Origin: Planctomycetota bacterium
GTDB lineage: Bacteria > Planctomycetota > Phycisphaerae > UBA1845 > UTPLA1
Reading direction: 5' to 3'
NCBI GenBank assembly: GCA_016235815.1
Contig: JACRIM010000058.1
Span: forward strand, 136,041 to 160,040
Length of the DNA: 24,000 nt
Within the stretch, counting starts at the first letter, position 1; the number at the start of each line of letters is the position of its first letter. A program made the position numbers and the translations under genes. This document shows, in pieces, positions 16,319-22,414 of this stretch. The notes under the pieces are model-generated. The model saw nothing but the letters and a program-made list of their open reading frames with translations, had not been told where the DNA came from and did not search any database.

Positions 16319-17174
16319 AATCGTCCGCACCAACGTGCCGCTTGCGCCGCTTACGTGGTTCAAGCTCGGCGGCACCGCAGAGTATTTGATCGAACCCCGC
16401 ACCGAGGATGAACTCGTCGGCGTCGTTCGCCGCTGCCGCGAGACAAACACGCCGCTCCGTTTTCTTGGCCTCGGCGCGAATGTCATCGTGAACGACAACG
16501 GCGTGAAAGGCGCGGTCGTTCGTCTCACCGCCGACCACTTCACCCAAATGATCGTTGACGGCGACCGTGTCACCGCCGGCGCTGGCGCCGACCTGACCAA
16601 GCTCGTCCTCGCCACCGTCAAGAAAGGGCTTGCCGGACTTGAGAACATCGCCGGCATTCCCGGAACCGTCGGCGGCGGCATCGCCATGAATTGCGGAGGC
16701 CGCTACGGCGAAATCGGAACCGCCGTCCGCAGCGTCCGTGTCATCGGCCGCGACGGCGAAATCTACGAACGCGACCACGACGACATGGACTTCGGCTACC
16801 GGCGCTCCGCCCTTGGCGACGATTGCGTCCTGAGCGTGTCCTTCCAACTTCACAAAGACGACCCAGCGACGCTCGACCACCGATTCCGCGAGATCTGGAT
16901 GTACAAGCAAAACACCCAGCCGCCCCTCGGTTGCCAAAGCGTCGGGTGCATCTTCCGAAACCCCGACGGCCGCTCCGCCGGCCAGCTCATCGACCAGGCC
17001 GGCCTGAAGGGCAGGCGAATCGGCACGGCCTACGTGTCCGACCGCCATGCGAATTTCGTCCTTGCCGACATTGGCGGCCGGGCAGGCGACGTACTCGAAT
17101 TAATTGACTCCATCATTGACACCGTAAACGAACGGTTTGGAATTAGACTCGAACCCGAAGTGAAAATCTGGTAA
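16293..17174 (+). CDS. murB: UDP-N-acetylenolpyruvoylglucosamine reductase MurB
   Basis: The true start is taken as the ATG at 16293 (MPLFDDWPEIVRTNVPLAPLTWFKLGG), which overlaps the murC 3' end by 26 nt. The track start at 16053 is a frame-shadow extension inside murC. Motifs: LGLGANVIV, GIPGTVGGGIAMNCGGRYGE, FGYRRS, GCIFRNP, GLKG..IG.A.VS..HANF. Confidence 0.9.
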   Translation: MPLFDDWPEIVRTNVPLAPLTWFKLGGTAEYLIEPRTEDELVGVVRRCRETNTPLRFLGLGANVIVNDNGVKGAVVRLTADHFTQMIVDGDRVTAGAGADLTKLVLATVKKGLAGLENIAGIPGTVGGGIAMNCGGRYGEIGTAVRSVRVIGRDGEIYERDHDDMDFGYRRSALGDDCVLSVSFQLHKDDPATLDHRFREIWMYKQNTQPPLGCQSVGCIFRNPDGRSAGQLIDQAGLKGRRIGTAYVSDRHANFVLADIGGRAGDVLELIDSIIDTVNERFGIRLEPEVKIW

Positions 17175-17236
17175 AACACCCGCGTCGCCCCCGTCGGCGG
17201 CGTGTACGCATCATCCTGTTTGCACGGAGGCAAACC

Positions 17237-18208
17237 GTGGCTGCGACAAAAACGCGATTCGACCTTACGCGACTCACGCGTATTCCCACTCAACAGAAGC
17301 TCGCCATCACCGTCCTCTCCGGCGGTCCCAGCGGCGAGCGCGACGTCAGTCTCGACAGCGGCAAGTGCGTTGCCAGCGCCCTGGAGTCGCTCGGCCACAA
17401 GGTCTACGTCGAGGACATCAATCCCGAAAACCTCGCGGGCCTCGCCCGGCACGTCGATTGCGTGTTCGTAGCCCTTCACGGCACTTTCGGCGAAGACGGC
17501 CAAGTGCAGGAAATCCTCGAACGCCGCAACCTCGCCTACACCGGCAGCGGCCCCGATGCCTGCCGCCTCGCCATGAACAAGGTCGCCGCCAAAAAGCGGT
17601 TTGAGGAACTTGGCATTCCTACTCCGCGATGGGACGTCGCCACGACCAAAACCTATCGCGAGGCCGTCGCCGCGTGGTCGATGCCGGTCGTCGTGAAGCC
17701 AATCAGCGAAGGCAGCAGCATCCACTGCTACATCGTTCGCGACGTCGCCCAGTTTCGCCCCGCGGTGGAGAAAGTGATCGACGCATACGGCGAAGCCCTG
17801 ATCGAGGAATACATCCCCGGCCGCGAACTCACCGTCGGCATTCTCGGCGACGCACCCCTTCCCCCCCTCGAAATCCGCACCAAACGCGACTACTACGACT
17901 ACGCCGCAAAATATGTCGATGAAGATACGCAGTACGACTTCGACATCACCCTGCCCGAAGACCTGCTCGAGCGAATCATGGAAATGAGCCTCGCCGCACA
18001 CAAGGGTCTCGGTTGCCGGGATTTCTCGCGCCTCGACTGGAGGGTGGACGACTCGTGCCTGAAACCCTATCTCCTCGAAGCAAACGTCATCCCCGGCCTG
18101 ACCTCGCACTCCCTCGTCCCCAAGGCCGCACAACGGGCCGGCCTCCCCATGGCCGAAATGTGCCAGGCAATCATCGACATGGCCATCAAGCGGAAATTCT
18201 CGCGTTAA
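17237..18208 (+). CDS. ddl: D-alanine--D-alanine ligase
   Basis: The GTG start is preceded by GGAGG (17226-17230) with a 6-nt spacer. Motifs: VLSGGPSGERDVSL, ALHGTFGEDGQVQEILE, MNKVAAKKRFEELGIPTP, VVKPISEGSS, EANVIPGLTSHSLVP. Confidence 0.92.
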   Translation: MAATKTRFDLTRLTRIPTQQKLAITVLSGGPSGERDVSLDSGKCVASALESLGHKVYVEDINPENLAGLARHVDCVFVALHGTFGEDGQVQEILERRNLAYTGSGPDACRLAMNKVAAKKRFEELGIPTPRWDVATTKTYREAVAAWSMPVVVKPISEGSSIHCYIVRDVAQFRPAVEKVIDAYGEALIEEYIPGRELTVGILGDAPLPPLEIRTKRDYYDYAAKYVDEDTQYDFDITLPEDLLERIMEMSLAAHKGLGCRDFSRLDWRVDDSCLKPYLLEANVIPGLTSHSLVPKAAQRAGLPMAEMCQAIIDMAIKRKFSR

Positions 18209-18307
18209 AGGATTACAGAGCCGCGCCCGTTAGGCGGGTTCGGAATCATCGAATCGCAATGGGTATTCAACAGTCATTGCAGTAACGGAAGGCTGACCTA
18301 ATTCATC

Positions 18308-19279
18308 GTGGCTCGCAAACAACCATCCGCGATCTTCCGCTTCAAAGACGCCGTGTCGATCTGGCTCGGCGATCGCGTTGCCTCCATCAGCGACTCGACT
18401 CGCCGCGTCCTCTGGCAGGGCGTAGGCGTCACGCTCGTCGCCACCCTGCTTTTCTTCTTCGGCAGCCGCGCCATGCAACGCATGCAGGATTTCGTCCACG
18501 GCCAGGATCAATACGATCGACCGCTGGTGCTCGAATGGGAGAACCTGCCCGACTGGCTCATGCTCCCGGACAACGGCCACATTCTCGACGATCTGGTCGC
18601 CCGCGTGGACCTGCAGCCAACCGATCGAATGCTCGATCCCGAATTGTCTCATCGCATCGGCAGCGCCCTGACGGCTTCAGACGTCGGCTGGGTCAAGGCG
18701 GTGGATCGAATCCAGATTCGTGCCGAAGGCGTGATTGGCATCCGCTGCCAGTTTCGAAAGCCCAACGCATGGGTCAAGCAAGGCTCCCATTGTTATCTCG
18801 TTGATGACGAGTGCTATCGCCTGCCCGGCCGATACGCCGCCGACGACTGCAAAGGCACATCACTGATGACCATCATCGGCGTGCGTGGCAAGGCCCCCGG
18901 CGTCGGCCAGCGTTGGCCCGCATCCGAACTGGCCGACGGCATTCGCACCGTCGCATTGCTTTCGGCAAAACCGTTCGGCCGGGAAATCTCCGCCGTCAAT
19001 GTCTCGAATCACGATGGCCGCGTGGACAAAAACCGACCGCACATCGAACTAATTACCGACGCCAAGGGTTCGCGAATCTGGTGGGGCCGCCCGCCGGAGC
19101 GCGAACAGGGAATCGAAATCTCCGCGACACAAAAAGTGACGCTGCTCGAAACCCTCTACAAACAGTGGGGCCGCCTCTCGGTGAACCGCCCCTATATCGA
19201 CATCCGCACCTGGCCCGACCGCGTGGCCATGCCCATGATGATCCCCACCTCCAGCCAGACTCGCGTCATCCGCGGCTGA
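18308..19279 (+). CDS. FtsQ/DivIB-like bitopic membrane protein (tentative)
   Basis: It sits immediately after ddl. It has a single TM segment (VGVTLVATLLFFFGS) followed by an extracytoplasmic domain. The pattern VKAVDRIQIRAEGVIGIRCQFRKPNAWV...YLVDDECYRLP ... IWWGRPPE...ATQKVTLLETLY resembles the POTRA plus FtsQ layout. The start is GTG with a weak SD. Confidence 0.5.
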   Translation: MARKQPSAIFRFKDAVSIWLGDRVASISDSTRRVLWQGVGVTLVATLLFFFGSRAMQRMQDFVHGQDQYDRPLVLEWENLPDWLMLPDNGHILDDLVARVDLQPTDRMLDPELSHRIGSALTASDVGWVKAVDRIQIRAEGVIGIRCQFRKPNAWVKQGSHCYLVDDECYRLPGRYAADDCKGTSLMTIIGVRGKAPGVGQRWPASELADGIRTVALLSAKPFGREISAVNVSNHDGRVDKNRPHIELITDAKGSRIWWGRPPEREQGIEISATQKVTLLETLYKQWGRLSVNRPYIDIRTWPDRVAMPMMIPTSSQTRVIRG

Positions 19280-19289
19280 TTCCGCTTTT

Positions 19290-19312
19290 CCCTCCCCTAG
19301 CAAAGGGGAGGG
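19290..19312 (+). terminator. GC-rich hairpin 11 nt after the ftsQ-like stop
   Basis: CCCTCCCCT (19290-19298), loop agcaa, AGGGGAGGG (19304-19312): a perfect 9-bp stem. A T-run lies 5' of the stem (gctttt), but there is no U-tail 3' on either strand. It sits between convergent genes. Confidence 0.5.
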
Positions 19313-19378
19313 TCACGGTGAGGTCATCGAAAGTGAACTGCCGCCGCTTGACGAAGAAGACTCAAGATCAACAAGTGA

Positions 19379-20359
19379 TCACGCCCGCATCAGCGCCCCC
19401 GCCGGATTCACACAATTCGTAACCTCGCCATCCTCCACAAACGCACGCACGATTCGCACCGTCTCTTCCGCGACGGCCGCCTGCGCCTGTTCCGTGGACG
19501 CCCCCACATGATGCGTGCCATAGACGTGCGGCGTCGTCAGAATCGGATCCTTGAATTCTCCTTGCGGCGCCTCGGGCTCCACTTCATACACATCCAGCGC
19601 CGCCCCCGCGACTCGACCTGCCTTCACGGCATCGGCCAACGCAGTTTCATCCACAACGCCGCCCCGGCTGCAATTGATGACAAACGCCCCCGACTTCATC
19701 CGGGCAAATTCATTCACGCCGATCATATGCCTCGTGTCTTTGCCGCCGGGTACATGCACCGTGATAAAGTCGGACTCCGCCAGCAGTTGTTCGAGTGAAA
19801 CCTTGTGCAGTCCGTATTTCTCATGCAGGTCATACCGTTCGGCCACATCGGTATAGACGATGTTCATCTCAAACGCCGCGGCCCGTTTCGCCACTTCGCA
19901 ACCAATCCGGCCCAGGCCGATGATGCCGAGCGTGCGACCTTTAAGCCCGCGGGCCTTGCTGTATTCCTTCTTGTTCCATACACGCCGGCGCAGATCGTCC
20001 GTCTCATCCACGATCCGCCGATCCAGTGCGATCATGAACCCAATCGTCAGTTCCGCAACCGCCACACTGTTCATCCCCGGGCAGTTGCAGACCTTGATGC
20101 CCAACTCCGTCGCGGCCGGCACGTCGATCGTGTCGGTCCCGGCCCCGGCGCGAAGAACCATCTCCAGATGATTCCCCGCCGCCATGACCTCCCGCGGCAC
20201 CTTGGTCGACCGCACAATCAGAATGTTGCACGCCGTCTCCACGACAGCGTCGATCAAATGCTGCCCCTGCGTTCCCGGCGCATAAGTGACCTCGCAGCCG
20301 AACTGCTGCATTTGATCGATACCGGCCTGTTCAAATTTGTCCGCAACGAAGATTTTCAT
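19379..20359 (-). CDS. D-isomer-specific 2-hydroxyacid dehydrogenase (SerA-like, no ACT domain; 326 aa)
   Basis: The start is taken as the ATG at 20359 (MKIFVADKFE), with GAGGTG 5 nt upstream; the track start at 20494 adds an implausible Arg-rich extension. Motifs: GIIGLGRIGCEVAKRA (NAD fold), NCSRGGVVDE, GTHHVGASTEQAQ. Confidence 0.85.
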   Translation of the reverse strand: MKIFVADKFEQAGIDQMQQFGCEVTYAPGTQGQHLIDAVVETACNILIVRSTKVPREVMAAGNHLEMVLRAGAGTDTIDVPAATELGIKVCNCPGMNSVAVAELTIGFMIALDRRIVDETDDLRRRVWNKKEYSKARGLKGRTLGIIGLGRIGCEVAKRAAAFEMNIVYTDVAERYDLHEKYGLHKVSLEQLLAESDFITVHVPGGKDTRHMIGVNEFARMKSGAFVINCSRGGVVDETALADAVKAGRVAGAALDVYEVEPEAPQGEFKDPILTTPHVYGTHHVGASTEQAQAAVAEETVRIVRAFVEDGEVTNCVNPAGALMRA

Positions 20360-20588
20360 GGCACACCTCGGGTGAGTGAAAAAACACATCCTCCGAGGGT
20401 CATCGGGCAAGTTTCGTGCCAAAACGGACTTTTCGGTCTTTTGGAGACCGGGCAGCATCCGACGGCGACTTTTCGCCCCTCTGCCCGCTTTCACGCCATT
20501 GATTCAGGGGGGCACCACCCGAAAAATCCCCCGCACCCGTGGATGCGCCCGCACCCCCCAAGCGCGCGCTCGTTGATGCGGAAGCTCT

Positions 20589-21752
20589 CTATTCAGCACG
20601 CCGGGAGTAAACCTGGTTCACTCGCTTTAACACCGCGCCTTTGGCCTTCTCGCTCGACTCTGCATTGGCGGCGACAAAATCAGTCAACGCCTTGGACGCT
20701 CGCTTCGGCCCCAGTGCGATCGCTGCATCGCGCCACAGAGTCCAGTTCGCTTTGCTGAGCTCCATCTGTCCGATTCGAAGGATGTTTGTGTCGATGGTCG
20801 TAACGACACTTGGCTTTACTCGACGCGATGGTGCACGCAGAATCTTGCGATATAACTGAAGTGCCTTGCGTATGTCTTCGTCAGACAGCCCTTGAGCGCC
20901 TAAATCAGGGACCGTGGTGCCATCGCCGTCAGCAAGTGCGATCAACTCCTCCGCCTCCTTGACCATCTGCGCGTAACCCGCAGCTTCATTTGGCTTCAAC
21001 TCCAGCAACTTCCCAAGAGACTCCAAATGCTTATGCAATTGGCGAATGCATTCGATCGCCTCTGAATCTCCTGGTTCCGAGACAGCGGCAATTGCTCCGC
21101 TTAAAAAAACAACGGAAAACGGCGTACACAAAGGACCGGATTTGATTCCATCTGTTTGGGTTTGCGCCGCCCGAAAATATTCGATGATGCCATCGCGCAG
21201 GAACTGACGAACATCCTCGGCCAGCAGATTCCCATCAGTGCATCCCTTAATGCCCGTCAGGGTCGCATGTTGCAAATTCAAGTTCAGCGTCGGATCGACA
21301 TCCACATAAAACATGTCAATCAAAGTTCGGGCGTCAGCGAGTGAGACCTGTTCGTCCGACCGCGAAATACGCCGAATCTCCGCCAACTTGGATCGAAGCT
21401 CCGGCCAAGGCAGTTTCTGTGTATCGATCTTGTCCGGTCCCTTCAATTCCGTTCGCCGAGCCTCGAGCTCGCGCAACGTCGCCTCAAGCTGTTCGGTCGG
21501 TTGCCCGCAGTCTTTGGCCCGCCGCAATTCTGCAACGACTGGTAAAATCTGTCGTTGGATTGCTTCCATTGCATCGCGTCGCTCCAACTCCGGCCCTTCC
21601 TTGGGTCGCTCTTGAAACGACGTGTCGATTTCGGGGATCTTGCGAATCGACGATGGAGGCTCAGCCGCGGCCCATGATCCTATCGAGAGAGCCAACGCAA
21701 TGGTCAATAATGCAGTCGTTTCCCCAATTGACAGATTTCTCGGCAATGACAT
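20589..21752 (-). CDS. hypothetical secreted protein (387 aa), no recognisable domain
   Basis: The ATG at 21752 is preceded by GGAGG 7 nt upstream; the track start at 21782 is a TTG. Signal peptide is MSLPRNLSIGETTALLTIALALSIGSWAAA. A charged, helix-prone N-terminal third follows (ELRRAKD...LEATLRELEARRTELK). Confidence 0.6.
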   Translation of the reverse strand: MSLPRNLSIGETTALLTIALALSIGSWAAAEPPSSIRKIPEIDTSFQERPKEGPELERRDAMEAIQRQILPVVAELRRAKDCGQPTEQLEATLRELEARRTELKGPDKIDTQKLPWPELRSKLAEIRRISRSDEQVSLADARTLIDMFYVDVDPTLNLNLQHATLTGIKGCTDGNLLAEDVRQFLRDGIIEYFRAAQTQTDGIKSGPLCTPFSVVFLSGAIAAVSEPGDSEAIECIRQLHKHLESLGKLLELKPNEAAGYAQMVKEAEELIALADGDGTTVPDLGAQGLSDEDIRKALQLYRKILRAPSRRVKPSVVTTIDTNILRIGQMELSKANWTLWRDAAIALGPKRASKALTDFVAANAESSEKAKGAVLKRVNQVYSRRAE

Positions 21753-21870
21753 GATCGCGCCTCCAACGAAATCGTATCGCAATTCATGAAATCATGCCGG
21801 CATCGCGTCAGCAGGGCAAGTGATTTATTGTGTAAAAATGCGCGTTGAAATGTATGGCTGGCTTGCCGCG

Positions 21871-21913
21871 CGCGCTCACGGCCCGGGGCGTTGTACCCCG
21901 GGCCGCGCGTTTT
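21871..21913. terminator. strong GC hairpin with a T-run on the + strand
   Basis: CGCGC (21871-21875), bulge tcac, GGCCCGGGG (21880-21888), loop cgttgta, CCCCGGGCC (21896-21904), GCGCG (21905-21909), TTTT (21910-21913). It lies 47-89 nt downstream of the small minus-strand ORF, but the U-tail is on the + strand. Confidence 0.55.
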
Positions 21914-21959
21914 GCCTGTGCTTTGGGATTTCGCTTGATGGAGTGGGTGGAGTGGGGCT

Positions 21960-22070
21960 TCAGCCGCCGATCAGGCCGCCGAAAAGGTTCGAGAGAATCT
22001 GCTGGACGAAGTCCCACAGACCAGAATAAAAGCCCAAAATACCCGACACAATCCCGAATGGATCGAACAT
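21960..22070 (-). CDS. small hydrophobic peptide, 36 aa (MFDPFGIVSGILGFYSGLWDFVQQILSNLFGGLIGG)
   Basis: The ATG at 22070 is preceded by AAGGAG with an 8-nt spacer (ggccacAAGGAGaaccgtgtATG), and the stop is TGA at 21960-21962. The 136-aa track ORF (21960-22370) has an implausible Gly/Arg/Cys-rich upstream part. The peptide has no basic residues and ends in a Gly-rich tail. Confidence 0.45.
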   Translation of the reverse strand: MFDPFGIVSGILGFYSGLWDFVQQILSNLFGGLIGG

Positions 22071-22139
22071 ACACGGTTCTCCTTGTGGCCCGATTCCTTT
22101 GTCCTGCCCGACACAGCGTCGGACCTCAAACGAGGATGA

Positions 22140-22156
22140 AGCATCACTCGTGCCAG
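22140..22156 (-). promoter_or_regulatory. candidate sigma54 (RpoN) -24/-12 promoter
   Basis: The reverse strand reads CTGGCACGAGTGATGCT. Against the consensus YTGGCACGrNNNTTGCW, 13 of 14 specified positions match, with correct GG-N10-GC spacing. The predicted start near 22129 gives a roughly 59-nt leader to the ATG at 22070. Confidence 0.5.
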
Positions 22157-22178
22157 GCATCGATCCACGTACGTAAAC

Positions 22179-22202
22179 GCGGTTTTTCGCTGCAAAAACC
22201 GC
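22179..22202. promoter_or_regulatory. 24-bp perfect palindrome GCGGTTTTT-cgctgc-AAAAACCGC
   Basis: 9-bp arms with a 6-nt centre. Its nearest edge is 22 nt upstream (minus-strand sense) of the sigma54-like element. It could be a protein-binding site (activator UAS) or an RNA hairpin. Confidence 0.4.
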
Positions 22203-22414
22203 ATTTCTCCCACACGGGACGGTGCGATTTCCCCACTCCCGCGCGCCGTTTGGGAACTCGTCCCCACACTTTTCGACCCAGCTCGCCTCGACGTCCACCC
22301 ACGCTAAGTCAACCCCCACTAAGTGGTTATGAAACCCGGCCCCTGCCCCACCACGCACTAAACAACCCACCCGAACTTGGACCGACCCGCCTCGTCGACT
22401 AAGCTTCCCCCCTT

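Noticed and set aside
20530-20556. Direct repeat cccgcaccc twice, 18 nt apart, in a C-rich tract
   Set aside because: There are only two short copies in low-complexity intergenic DNA. It is neither a CRISPR array nor a credible operator on this evidence.
19805-20758. 317-aa + strand ORF, plus 19508-19798, 19551-19856 and 19860-20171
   Set aside because: They are antisense to the well-supported dehydrogenase gene and spill into the intergenic region. They are Arg/Pro/His-rich junk translations.
21845-22402. 185-aa + strand ORF, and the full 136-aa minus ORF 21960-22370
   Set aside because: Both cross hairpins and promoter-like DNA and have Arg/Pro/Gly-rich non-protein-like sequence. Only the last 36 codons of the minus ORF are backed by a strong SD.
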